In this document: one piece after another, positions 36,782 to 47,725 of the stretch
How the letters are laid out: every line of letters begins with the position of its first letter
Numbering within the stretch: the first letter of the stretch is position 1
Assembly: GCA_038153405.1 (NCBI GenBank)
Contig: JAYOYH010000012.1
Span: 1 to 64,000, forward strand
Direction: 5' to 3'
Origin: Gemmatimonadota bacterium
GTDB taxonomy: Bacteria > Latescibacterota > UBA2968 > UBA8231
Length of the DNA stretch: 64,000 nucleotides
Notes under the pieces: model-generated
Databases searched by the model: none
The model's input: the letters and a program-made list of their open reading frames with translations, nothing else
Told to the model about the DNA's origin: nothing
Position numbers and translations under genes: made by a program

Positions 36782-39303
36782 TAGACCACGTGTATCAGGC
36801 GCACGACCTGCGTACCCTCCGCTGCGCTATCGGTGCCAAAGCGCACCTGTACCGCGTAAATGCCCGGGTGGACGAGCGCGCCGCGTTCATCGCGCCCATC
36901 CCATGCGACGACGTGCTCGCCGCTGGGGCGCACGCGCCGCGTCGATAGGTCGCGCACCCGATGCCCTGACAGGTCAAAAATCCCGATGCCGAGCTCTTTT
37001 TCACCCTCCACATGATAGACCGACAGCTCGATGGATACCCGGTCGTTGATGCCGTCGTCGTTGGGCGTAAACACATTGGGGTTCACCACTACGTCGCGCA
37101 GCAGCTGCGTATCTTCTAAATCGGATACGACGACCAGCGTCTGCGACGAAACCAGCGCACTGGCGTCGCCGCTGCTAACGCGCTGCACGCGCCCGGGCCG
37201 CGTCTGCCGCTCGAGCTCGACGCTAAACACCGTGCTCTGCAGAAATACCTTGGTTCTGAACTTCAGCTCATAGATCTGGTTGCCCCTCAGCACGGGGCTG
37301 GGAAAGCGCAGGGCCACCGCCCCATCGGCATCTCGCTCGTCCTGCAGCACGCCCGGCCACAGGTCGCTCCCTCCTCCCAAGCGCAGCGCGGCATCGGCGC
37401 CTGCGCGCACCGAGACCAATTCGATGTGCACGTCCGACGACGAGCGCAGGCGCATCAGATCAAAGCCCGGATTGCCGCTGGCAAACTGCGGTTTCACATA
37501 TAGGATGAACTCGCGCTCGATGCCCGGCTCTACCTGCCAAATAGGCCAGATCTCGCCCAGCACGTTGTCGACGAGCGGCGGCTCAAAGTTGAGCTGCAGC
37601 GAACGGATGCGCGCAGCGCGCAGCGGCTCGCGCGAAACTAGTCGCACTTCGACCTGTGCATAGCCGCGCGGACTGGGCGACTTAAAGTCGACGCCCGAGC
37701 CCTCGTACATCTCGCTCCAACTGCTCCAATCGGGTCCCGCGCGCTCCTCAATGACGACGGCTGGACGGCGGCTCTCTGGAATCAGCTCCCACAGCGTCTT
37801 GGATATCTCGCGGCCGGTGATGGCAAAGTAGTGTGGAATTTCTTCGATCTGCTCACCGGTGCGGGTGCGCACCTCGATACGCGTGCCCGGCGGCGCATCG
37901 CCATCCCATTCTATCGTGGTAAAAAGGCGCGGCCGATTGAGGCGAATAAAGGGCGAGACCATCGCCACTTCCGAGACGTAGCCCTCGCCAAAGGCCTGCA
38001 CCTCGCTGAGTTCGCCGCTCTCTTCGCCCGTATTGCTGAATTCGAGGCGACGCACCTCGATGTAGCGCACTTCGCGCGTGCTGAACAACTCCTCGACGTG
38101 CTGATAGCCGCTCAGATTCTGGCGCTCGCCCAGCGAAGTCCACACTTGTTCGCCGTTGGCGCTAAACGCCCCGTCGGATATGCGCAGCTGATAAGCCGGC
38201 GGCGGTCCCTCCGGCATCAGCAGCTTGATGCGGTTGAGCCAGTACTTGGCACCCAGATCGAGCACCAGTTGGTTCTCGTCGGTCACCGGATCGTAAATGC
38301 GCATGGGAAAGGCCGAGCTGTAGAGACCGTCGGTGTAAATGCGAAAAAAGAGAAATTCGAACCCGCTCTCGCCGGCGCCCAACTCGCGCTCGCTCTGCGT
38401 GAGTTGCACGATATTTTCCCCCAGCGAATAGACCTCGACCTCGGCCAGGCGCGGGCGTTCGTGGCGGTAGTAGCGCACGGGGCCGCGCTCCGCTTCGGCC
38501 AGCGCGCTCCACACCTCTTCGCCAATGAGTATTTCGCGACCGGCAGGCGTGACGCGGAAATAGTCGACGGCGCCCTGGTCTTCTTCGGGCAGCAGCGCAT
38601 AGTCGGCGTTCGACACTTCTTCGGCGCGCGGTCCGTCCGTGTCGAGCACATCGATGCGCAGGTACTGCATCACCTCGCCGACGATGCCCTCCGGCACGGG
38701 GCGCTGCGGTTCGATATCAAAGACGTATTCGCGCTGGTCTTTGTTGGGCTGCGTCTCCAATCCAACGCGATAGAAGCGCCGACGCTGCTCTTCGCCAAAG
38801 CGCTGGCCGTCCGAGGCGACTACGCGAAACTTCAAGAAGGGATCGCCCTGTTCCCTGTCTACAAAGCGCAACACCACTCGGTGAGCCACTACGGCACGGC
38901 CCAGATCGACCTCGATAAACCAGTTGTCGATCGGCGTATCGCGCAGCGGCTCCCAATACGTCAGCGCGTCGCCGTCGAGCACCAGCGGACCGTCGAGCAC
39001 GTTGCTGCCGGCCTCGTGCACGCCGCCCTGCAGCGTGTCGTTGGACACAAAGGGATTGACGTAGACAAAGCGCTCTGCGTCGAGCGAGACGTTGATATCG
39101 CTGCGCAGAAAGCGCGGCTCTACCGCACCGTCATCGCCGAGAACTTGCACGCCGGGCGGCGTTTTCCACAGCTGCCAATCTTCGGCCCGATCGATGCGCA
39201 CCTGCGTGGATAGCAGTCGATAGCCCAAGGAATCTTGCGCACTGGCGGCCTTAAGTAAACAGAGGGCGCACAAGAGCGTGCATCGCACGGAAAAAGAGAG
39301 CAA
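36778..39303 (-). CDS. Secreted protein with two discoidin-like domains + FlgD-Ig (paralog A)
   Basis: Signal peptide (ASA-Q); DLGR...RVVL and DLGA...NRI, EVEVY/EVQAFG, TRTG, WSSWS...SP..Y.Q, FTPNDDGIND, WDGRD..G..V.PG.Y. Confidence 0.75.
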   Translation of the reverse strand: MLSFSVRCTLLCALCLLKAASAQDSLGYRLLSTQVRIDRAEDWQLWKTPPGVQVLGDDGAVEPRFLRSDINVSLDAERFVYVNPFVSNDTLQGGVHEAGSNVLDGPLVLDGDALTYWEPLRDTPIDNWFIEVDLGRAVVAHRVVLRFVDREQGDPFLKFRVVASDGQRFGEEQRRRFYRVGLETQPNKDQREYVFDIEPQRPVPEGIVGEVMQYLRIDVLDTDGPRAEEVSNADYALLPEEDQGAVDYFRVTPAGREILIGEEVWSALAEAERGPVRYYRHERPRLAEVEVYSLGENIVQLTQSERELGAGESGFEFLFFRIYTDGLYSSAFPMRIYDPVTDENQLVLDLGAKYWLNRIKLLMPEGPPPAYQLRISDGAFSANGEQVWTSLGERQNLSGYQHVEELFSTREVRYIEVRRLEFSNTGEESGELSEVQAFGEGYVSEVAMVSPFIRLNRPRLFTTIEWDGDAPPGTRIEVRTRTGEQIEEIPHYFAITGREISKTLWELIPESRRPAVVIEERAGPDWSSWSEMYEGSGVDFKSPSPRGYAQVEVRLVSREPLRAARIRSLQLNFEPPLVDNVLGEIWPIWQVEPGIEREFILYVKPQFASGNPGFDLMRLRSSSDVHIELVSVRAGADAALRLGGGSDLWPGVLQDERDADGAVALRFPSPVLRGNQIYELKFRTKVFLQSTVFSVELERQTRPGRVQRVSSGDASALVSSQTLVVVSDLEDTQLLRDVVVNPNVFTPNDDGINDRVSIELSVYHVEGEKELGIGIFDLSGHRVRDLSTRRVRPSGEHVVAWDGRDERGALVHPGIYAVQVRFGTDSAAEGTQVVRLIHVVY

Positions 39304-39521
39304 ATAGATTCGACCTAACCTGAATAAATCGGAGCAACAGACGGGAATTGTGCTATACAGACGCGCGATTAAACAAAGTGGAGAACGCCCGTTGCCGCAA
39401 TACGGCCGCCTGCCCGACGCGCACCTATTGTCAAGCAGTGGATTTGGACGTACTTATACGTGTGACGCGCTCCTGCCGCTTCGGCACGTCGACGATTCAA
39501 TTCATCACAGAGGATCAACCA

Positions 39522-41147
<1,626 letters not shown>

Positions 41148-41175
41148 GCGCGTGGACCAGGTCGACTGATTACCG

Positions 41176-41219
41176 CGGTGCGCCGATGGGCAACAGAGCC
41201 CTTGGTGCACCGTTTTTTT
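41176..41219 (+). terminator. Intrinsic terminator after fumarase
   Basis: CGGTGCGCCGA...TTGGTGCACCG hairpin followed by T7. Confidence 0.7.
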
Positions 41220-42318
41220 AGTAGGTGTTTTGCGGCTGCGGCCACTGATATTGGGGCACCCAAGGCAGTTCGTAGCCCAGCTGGTGCGCGGCGCGCTGCC
41301 ACCAGCGCGGATCGGCCAGCGCGGCGCGACCGATAAACACGCCATCGGCCTGGCCCGTGCGCAGAATCAGCTCGGCCTGTCGTCCGTCCGTTATCATACC
41401 GACCGTGCCCACGGGCAGGTCGACCTCGGCGCGAATGCGTGCGGCCAGAACGGTCTGATACCCCGGACCGGGATGGACCGGACCATGGGGCACATTGCCA
41501 CCGCTCGATACGTCAATTAAATCTACGCCGCGCTCCTTGGCGCGTTGGACAAATGCAGCAGTGCGCTGCACGTCGCCCTCTACGTCGTGCCAATCGGTCG
41601 CAGAGACGCGCACCAGCAGCGGCATGCTGTCGGGCATCTGCCGACGCATTGCATCGATGACGGCCAGCGGCAGACGCATCCGATTTTCGTCGCTTCCTCC
41701 CCAAGCATCGGAGCGATTATTGACCAACGGACTGAGAAAAGAGCTCAACAGATAACCGTGTGCCCCGTGGATTTCTAGCGCATCAAAGCCCGCCGCAACG
41801 GCGCGTCCAGCCGCCGCCGCAAAATCGCCGATCACCCCGTTGATATCGCCTTCGGTCATAGCCAGCGGCGCGGGGCCGTCGCCGAATGCCGCATCGGTGG
41901 GCCCCAGCGTTTGCCAGCCCCCCTGCGCAGGGGACACGTAGCCTCTCTCTTGGGCAAAGGGCGGATGCGTCGAGGCTTTTCGTCCGGCATGGGCAAGTTG
42001 CACGGCGATCTTGGCACCGTTGTTCTGCGCGTGCACAAAGTCCGTTACGCGCCGCCAACCCGCTACTTGTGCCTCGTTCCACAAACCCGTATCGCGAGGC
42101 GAGATGCGCCCCACCGGATGGACGGCGGTCGCCTCGGCAACAATTAGGGCCGCACCGCCCGTAGCCAGCGATCCCAGGTGCACCAAGTGCCAGTCGTTAG
42201 GCACGCCCGGCGCGCTGTCCGCATCGCACGAGTATTGACACATGGGAGAAACCCAACCGCGGTGACGCAGTTCCAATGAGCGCAGTTGGAGTGGTTCAAA
42301 CAGCAGCGGCTTGTTCAC
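41218..42318 (-). CDS. NADH:flavin oxidoreductase (Old Yellow Enzyme, YqjM/NamA-like)
   Basis: SPMCQYS, QLAHAGRKAS, EIHGAHGYL, RVSATDW. GTG start at 42318. Confidence 0.93.
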   Translation of the reverse strand: MNKPLLFEPLQLRSLELRHRGWVSPMCQYSCDADSAPGVPNDWHLVHLGSLATGGAALIVAEATAVHPVGRISPRDTGLWNEAQVAGWRRVTDFVHAQNNGAKIAVQLAHAGRKASTHPPFAQERGYVSPAQGGWQTLGPTDAAFGDGPAPLAMTEGDINGVIGDFAAAAGRAVAAGFDALEIHGAHGYLLSSFLSPLVNNRSDAWGGSDENRMRLPLAVIDAMRRQMPDSMPLLVRVSATDWHDVEGDVQRTAAFVQRAKERGVDLIDVSSGGNVPHGPVHPGPGYQTVLAARIRAEVDLPVGTVGMITDGRQAELILRTGQADGVFIGRAALADPRWWQRAAHQLGYELPWVPQYQWPQPQNTY

Positions 42319-42489
42319 GATAATCCTCTCTCGTACACAGTGTTCAATAGGTCGGCAACGCCTAACATATGGACGCACACTGGGCGCGCAATCCGTCGCG
42401 GTACGCGCCGCATTTTGCCATGAGCCCTACGCTATGCCGATATTATGGGCCGTTTCGTCTCACCCAAAAATAACTACGAGAGTAGGACG

Positions 42490-43728
42490 ATGGATTCCGA
42501 CCGCATGCTCGCGCCTGAAGAGGCGCGCGATATTGTTTTAGAGCACATCCATGCGCTGGGCGTTGAGCGCGTTGCCCTGCTCGATGCCGTGGGCCGCGTG
42601 CTCGCGCGCGACGTGCTGGCGCGCCGCGACAACCCGCCGCACGACAATTCGGCAATGGACGGCTTTGCCGTGCGCTATGCCGACGCGCAAGGTGCCACTG
42701 CAGAGAACCCGGTAACGCTGCAGATCATAGAGGACATTCCCGCCGGCAGCGTGCCGCAGAAGGCACTTGGGGCCGGACAGGCTAGCCGCATTATGACCGG
42801 TGCCGTCGTCCCGACAGGCGCCGATGCCATCGTGCCGGTCGAAGACACGCGCGGCGAGGGCGATCAGGTCTCCATCCTCGACGTCGACCAACTGGGTGCG
42901 CACATCCGCGCGCGCGGCGAAGATATGCGCAAGGACGCCCCCGTCTTGAAGGCCGGTCAGGCCCTTGGGCCCGGAGAAATTTCCGTGCTGGCGACGCTGC
43001 AGCAGAGCTTTGTCACCGTCTATCGAAGGGCCCGCGTGGCCATTATCACCACCGGCGACGAGCTCGTTGAGATCGAAGACGAGGTCGGACCGGGGCAGAT
43101 CGTCAACGGCAATACGGCCGCGTTAGCCGCCTTCTGTCGCGCGCACGGCGCCGAACCGCTCATGTTGCCCATTGCCCGCGATGACCGGGCCGATATTCGC
43201 CGCACGATAGAAGCGGCGCTCGATGCGGACATCGTGCTCTCTTCGGGCGGCGTTTCAGTGGGCGACTACGATTTCGTCAAAGAGGTGCTCGACGAAATGA
43301 ATGCCAAGACCATTTTTTGGCGCGTGGCCATGAAGCCAGGCAAACCGCTGCTGTTTTGCACCATCGGCTCGACGCCCTATTTCGGTCTGCCCGGCAATCC
43401 CGTGTCGAGCATGATGTCTTTTTTGCAGTTTGTGCGGCCAGCCCTCTACAAGGCTGGCGGCCATCCGCCCGTGGCCTGGCCGCTGCCGCAGGCCACCGCG
43501 CTGCTCGACAGCGCCGTCGACAACGACGGCAATCGCCGCAACTACATGCGCTGCAGGCTCTACTACTGCGACGAGAGCGGCGCGCTGCGCGCCGAAGTAT
43601 TTGCCCAACAGGGCTCGCATATGGTTTCGTCTATGATTGGCGCCAACGGCATCGCCCTCTTTGAACCCGAAGCGCGCGCGGAGGCCAACGAGCGCATTGC
43701 CGTGCAAATCATCGGTCCCATTATCTGA
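42490..43728 (+). CDS. moeA: Molybdopterin molybdotransferase
   Basis: SAMDGFA, IMTGA.VP.GAD, TGDEL, SGGVSVGDYD, KPGKP, GLPGNP. Confidence 0.96.
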   Translation: MDSDRMLAPEEARDIVLEHIHALGVERVALLDAVGRVLARDVLARRDNPPHDNSAMDGFAVRYADAQGATAENPVTLQIIEDIPAGSVPQKALGAGQASRIMTGAVVPTGADAIVPVEDTRGEGDQVSILDVDQLGAHIRARGEDMRKDAPVLKAGQALGPGEISVLATLQQSFVTVYRRARVAIITTGDELVEIEDEVGPGQIVNGNTAALAAFCRAHGAEPLMLPIARDDRADIRRTIEAALDADIVLSSGGVSVGDYDFVKEVLDEMNAKTIFWRVAMKPGKPLLFCTIGSTPYFGLPGNPVSSMMSFLQFVRPALYKAGGHPPVAWPLPQATALLDSAVDNDGNRRNYMRCRLYYCDESGALRAEVFAQQGSHMVSSMIGANGIALFEPEARAEANERIAVQIIGPII

Positions 43729-43745
43729 GAGGAGGCCCGTAGCCC

Positions 43746-44756
43746 ATGAACCGCCCCCCCGACCAATTCAAGTGCATTGCCGTAGCGCAGCTTCGCCGCT
43801 TTGCCGCAGCCTGTCTAAGGGCCAGCGGCATGACGTCCGAACACGCCGACCAGTTGGCTGAGCTGCTGAGCAACTCCGACCTACGCGGCGTGCGTTCGCA
43901 CGGCACGCGGCAGATCCTCGGCTATTGTGGTAGCCTGCGCGAAGGGCGCGTCAACCCGACGCCCGATATACAAATCGTGCAGGAAACCGACACGGCTATT
44001 CTCGTCGACGGCGACGGCGGCCTGGGCTACGCGCCGATGATGCACGCCACCGAACGGGCCATTGCCAAGGCGAAAGAGAAGAAAGTGGCTATTGGCGCTA
44101 CCCGTCACCACGGCCACTACGGCTCGGCCGGACACTACGTGCGCCGCGCCATGGAAGAGGGCTGCACCGCCTTTTCCGTGCAGGGTTCGCACCCGGCCCA
44201 CTTTGGCGAAGGCGGCGGCAACAAGGGGCAGTCCTCGGCCTATTGGGGCAACCCGCCCATCTGCTTTGGCTTTCCATCCGATGAAGAGCCGCCGCTCGTC
44301 CTCGATGCGGCAACCTGCATTTTGGCCGACTACCAGCGCGGCGACCAATTCGACGCACTGCAGTCGCTCATCCCCGCCGCCTTTTTTAAGAGCATGGGCT
44401 ACACGGGCGCAGCTACGGCGCTGGGCGGCACCTTTGTTGGCCAGAGCAACGCGGCTGCCCGCGCCGTCGAAGAAAAGTGGCCCGCCGCGCGCGGAGGTGG
44501 ACTGATTATCGTACTCGATATAGAGGCCTTTGTGCCGGCCGCAGAATTTCGCAGTGGCATCGACTTTCTCGTGCGCGGCGTGCGCGAAACGATGGAACCG
44601 CTGCCTGGCTACGACGAAGCGACGCTGCCTGGCACGGTCGAACACCGCAACCAGTTGGCCTACGCCGAAGAAGGCGTACCCTATGCGCTAGAAGATCTGC
44701 AGCGTTTAGAAGAATGCGGCCGCCTGTGCGGCATTGAACCGGAGTGGGCCCAGTGA
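43746..44756 (+). CDS. Ldh_2 family (malate/L-lactate/ureidoglycolate-type) oxidoreductase
   Basis: DLRGVRSHG, VDGDGGLG, H.G, GNPP, LVLD.AT, LPG..E. Confidence 0.85.
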   Translation: MNRPPDQFKCIAVAQLRRFAAACLRASGMTSEHADQLAELLSNSDLRGVRSHGTRQILGYCGSLREGRVNPTPDIQIVQETDTAILVDGDGGLGYAPMMHATERAIAKAKEKKVAIGATRHHGHYGSAGHYVRRAMEEGCTAFSVQGSHPAHFGEGGGNKGQSSAYWGNPPICFGFPSDEEPPLVLDAATCILADYQRGDQFDALQSLIPAAFFKSMGYTGAATALGGTFVGQSNAAARAVEEKWPAARGGGLIIVLDIEAFVPAAEFRSGIDFLVRGVRETMEPLPGYDEATLPGTVEHRNQLAYAEEGVPYALEDLQRLEECGRLCGIEPEWAQ

Positions 44757-45427
44757 ATATCCCCGTCTACGCGCCGCCGCCCGTTGACCGGCTAGTCTTT
44801 CGCGCCCAACTGCGCCCAGCGGCGGCGAACCGCCTGCCCGATAAGCTGGAGCGATTGAAGCTACTAGCAGAAAAGAACATAGCCAGCGGCCAGATGCTGA
44901 CAGCCAGTCTGTTTCAAGCGCAAGACCAACTCTTTCTCTACTACGAGTGCCCGCGCACCAAGCTGCCAGCTAGCGAAGTGGCCGCCCCGCTAAACGACTT
45001 GCTAGAAGACTGGCCCGGCGCAGCAGCCCCAAGGTGCTGGGTGCCGATGATGGATATCTTTCACTACAGCCGACCGCTGAGCATCGAGCACTGGCGACGC
45101 GGCGCAGCGCCGCAGGAGTGCACTGGTCGCATTATCTACCTGCGGCCAGAAATGGTCAGCAGCTATATTTTCTATCATTTCCAACTGCAAGAGGAAAAAC
45201 CCGGCGCGCTCGGCAGCAAGTACGGACTAATTTCACAGCACGAAAATTTGCTCTTCTTCTACATGGAGAAGCCCGACGTAGCGGAGAGCGAATCGTATAC
45301 CGGACACCTCAAGACGCAGAACACGCCGCCCAATTGGGGCGAGGTCATGGATCCGCATTTTCAACCCTGGCCCGACGAAGAGGGCGAGCGCCTGTGGCGC
45401 CCTATCGAATGCATCTTCTCCGCTTGA
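44753..45427 (+). CDS. Hypothetical protein, possible tandem sugar-mutarotase (RhaM-like) fold
   Basis: GTGA overlap with the upstream gene. The halves end in WVPMMDIFH and WRPIECIF; LRPE....Y..YH and LF.Y.E motifs. Confidence 0.55.
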   Translation: MNIPVYAPPPVDRLVFRAQLRPAAANRLPDKLERLKLLAEKNIASGQMLTASLFQAQDQLFLYYECPRTKLPASEVAAPLNDLLEDWPGAAAPRCWVPMMDIFHYSRPLSIEHWRRGAAPQECTGRIIYLRPEMVSSYIFYHFQLQEEKPGALGSKYGLISQHENLLFFYMEKPDVAESESYTGHLKTQNTPPNWGEVMDPHFQPWPDEEGERLWRPIECIFSA

Positions 45428-45497
45428 GCAGGCGCGTTTACATGCGCTGCAGGCAGCCACTGTTCACCTAGACACCCACTGATAGAAAGGGATTAGC

Positions 45498-46289
45498 ATG
45501 AGTATTTTTTCACTGGAAGGTAAAGTAGCGCTGGTGACGGGCGCTGGCCGCGGCATCGGTCGCGCCATCGCCGAAGGGCTGGCCGCCCAAGGGGCCAAGG
45601 TCGCCTGTGCAGCGCGCAGCGTCGACCAACTGGAGGAATTGGCCCAGTCGATCCGCGACGCCGGCGGCGAGGCGATGGCCGTGGCCATTGACATGGGCGA
45701 TATGAATTCACTCGACCGCGCCCTTGAGACCGTGGCCAATGCCTATGGCCACCTCGATATCCTCGTCAACAACGCCGGCATGAACGCGCGTCAACCCATC
45801 GACGAGGTGACCGAAGAAAATTACGATCGCATTATGAACGTCAATCTGAAGGGCCTTTACTTCCTCAGCCAAAAAGCGGCGCGCTACATGGCGCAAAACG
45901 GAGCGGGTAAAATTATCAACATCGGCTCGCTGACCACGGGCTACGCGCTGGCCAAGGTCTCCGTCTACACCGCGACCAAAGGAGCCGTCGGCCAGCTAAC
46001 CAAGGCGCAGGCCGTCGAATTTGGCAAGCACAACATTCAGGTCAACGCCATCTGTCCGGGCTTTGTATTGACCTCGCTAACGGAAAAAATGTGGGCCGAT
46101 CCGACCATGCGGCAGTGGGGCGAAAGCCGGGTGGCGCTCGGTCGGTTGGCCACGCCCAAAGACATGGCGGGCACGGCAGCCTTCCTCGCCTCGCCGGCCT
46201 CCGACTACGTAACGGGCCAGTGCATCTACGTCGACGGCGGCTTTATGGCCGGCGACAATTGGCCGTTGCCCGAGGCAGCCGCTAGCTAG
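45498..46289 (+). CDS. SDR oxidoreductase (gluconate 5-dehydrogenase/KduD-like)
   Basis: TGAGRGIG, NNAG, YTATK, VNAICPG, DYVTGQ.IYVDGG. Confidence 0.92.
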   Translation: MSIFSLEGKVALVTGAGRGIGRAIAEGLAAQGAKVACAARSVDQLEELAQSIRDAGGEAMAVAIDMGDMNSLDRALETVANAYGHLDILVNNAGMNARQPIDEVTEENYDRIMNVNLKGLYFLSQKAARYMAQNGAGKIINIGSLTTGYALAKVSVYTATKGAVGQLTKAQAVEFGKHNIQVNAICPGFVLTSLTEKMWADPTMRQWGESRVALGRLATPKDMAGTAAFLASPASDYVTGQCIYVDGGFMAGDNWPLPEAAAS

Positions 46290-46317
46290 CGCGCGGCGCA
46301 CAGCGGCCAACGCTATA

Positions 46318-46347
46318 CGGGGGACCTTCAAAGTAGGAGGTCCCCCG
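46318..46347. terminator. Hairpin between convergent genes
   Basis: CGGGGGACCT...AGGTCCCCCG 10-bp stem with a weak T tail. Confidence 0.55.
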
Positions 46348-46362
46348 CTTTGCGCTAGCCAA

Positions 46363-46965
46363 CTAGGCTTCCTCCACCGGCTTGACGTAGGCCTTCTTGG
46401 GCCTGCGCTCGGCCGACAACGTCGCGCGCGTGCGCGCGCTCAGTCGCTCGAGCGCGTCGGCCACGTGCACTTCGGCAATGTGGTGGTCGCCGCGCTCGAC
46501 GCGCAGCAGATGGGCCTCAAACAGCACCTGCGCGTGCGCGCAGCCATCCGGCGGTTCGAATTTATAAGAGGCCAGTTCGATGCGCTGGCCTAGCGGATCG
46601 CGAAAGTATATCGAATCCATAAAGCCGCGATCGATTGCACCCGTATGCGGCACGCCGCGCGCCTCCAGCCGCGCAGGAATCTGCGCAAAGGTCGCGCGCG
46701 ACACGCTAAAAGCTAGGTGGTGCACATGGCCTATGTCTTCGCTATTGGACCGGGTGTCGACGTCGCGGCGTTCGTTAGTGAATACGGTGATGAGCCGCCC
46801 ATCGCCCGGATCGAAGTAGAGATGCGATTCGTCGGGGTTGTCCAAATTCGGCTGCTCAAAAATAAAGGGCATGCCGAGCACGCCTTCCCAAAAGTCAATC
46901 GACACTTGGCGCGTGGCGCCGACGAGCGTGATGTGGTGCACGCCCTGCACTTGAATCTTCTGCAT
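46363..46965 (-). CDS. VOC/glyoxalase family protein
   Basis: GVHHITL, HHLAF, SIYFRDP.G.RIEL. Confidence 0.9.
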   Translation of the reverse strand: MQKIQVQGVHHITLVGATRQVSIDFWEGVLGMPFIFEQPNLDNPDESHLYFDPGDGRLITVFTNERRDVDTRSNSEDIGHVHHLAFSVSRATFAQIPARLEARGVPHTGAIDRGFMDSIYFRDPLGQRIELASYKFEPPDGCAHAQVLFEAHLLRVERGDHHIAEVHVADALERLSARTRATLSAERRPKKAYVKPVEEA

Positions 46966-47030
46966 GGCTCTTCTCCACCGTGTGAGTTCTCACCGTTGAT
47001 ACTACGCGAAAACGCGCGAAATGGGAGTGT

Positions 47031-47618
47031 ATGAAAAAAGTAGAAATCTTAGCTCAACGCGGCCTCGTAGACGCCTTTTTTAAACTCGAAGAGGCGGAAC
47101 TGCGCCACGAGCGGCGCGACGGCTCGATGAGCGAACCCATGCACCGCCTCAACTTGGAGCGCGGTGACGGAGTGGCCGCACTGGTCTACCACCCACAGCG
47201 CGATGTGCTCGTCTTTGTGCGCCAGTTTCGCTACCCGGCCTATGTGCGCAGCGGACCGGGTTGGTTGGTCGAACTGCCGGCCGGCATGCTCGATCACGAC
47301 GAAGAACCTATCGACTGCATGCGACGCGAGATCGGCGAAGAGACGGGCTACGCCATCCGCCACATCGAACTCGTTTCCTCATTTTACCTTTCACCCGGAA
47401 GCTCTTCGGAGCGCATCTTTCTCTATTACGCCGAGATCGATCCTCTCGCAGAGCCCAGCGCGGGCGGCGGTTTGGCCAACGAACAGGAAGACGTCGAGCG
47501 GGTAGAACTCCCGCTGTCCGAGGCGTGGCGCCAACTCGACGCCGGCGCGTTTATCGACGCAAAGACCATCATTGCGCTGCAGTGGATGCGCGCGCGCGCC
47601 TCGCTGGGCTGTCCCTAA
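47031..47618 (+). CDS. NUDIX hydrolase (ADP-ribose/GDP-mannose pyrophosphatase-like)
   Basis: RQFRYP, ELPAG...REIGEETG Nudix box, SPG, DAKT. Confidence 0.92.
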   Translation: MKKVEILAQRGLVDAFFKLEEAELRHERRDGSMSEPMHRLNLERGDGVAALVYHPQRDVLVFVRQFRYPAYVRSGPGWLVELPAGMLDHDEEPIDCMRREIGEETGYAIRHIELVSSFYLSPGSSSERIFLYYAEIDPLAEPSAGGGLANEQEDVERVELPLSEAWRQLDAGAFIDAKTIIALQWMRARASLGCP

Positions 47619-47725
47619 GCTCTTGAAGCTCGACGCAAAATACAATAGTATTATGGGCAAAGCTCAACACCCACTACTGCGACTTACTACAAACCTACCA
47701 CGAGAAGCAACACAGGAGTTCCGCT

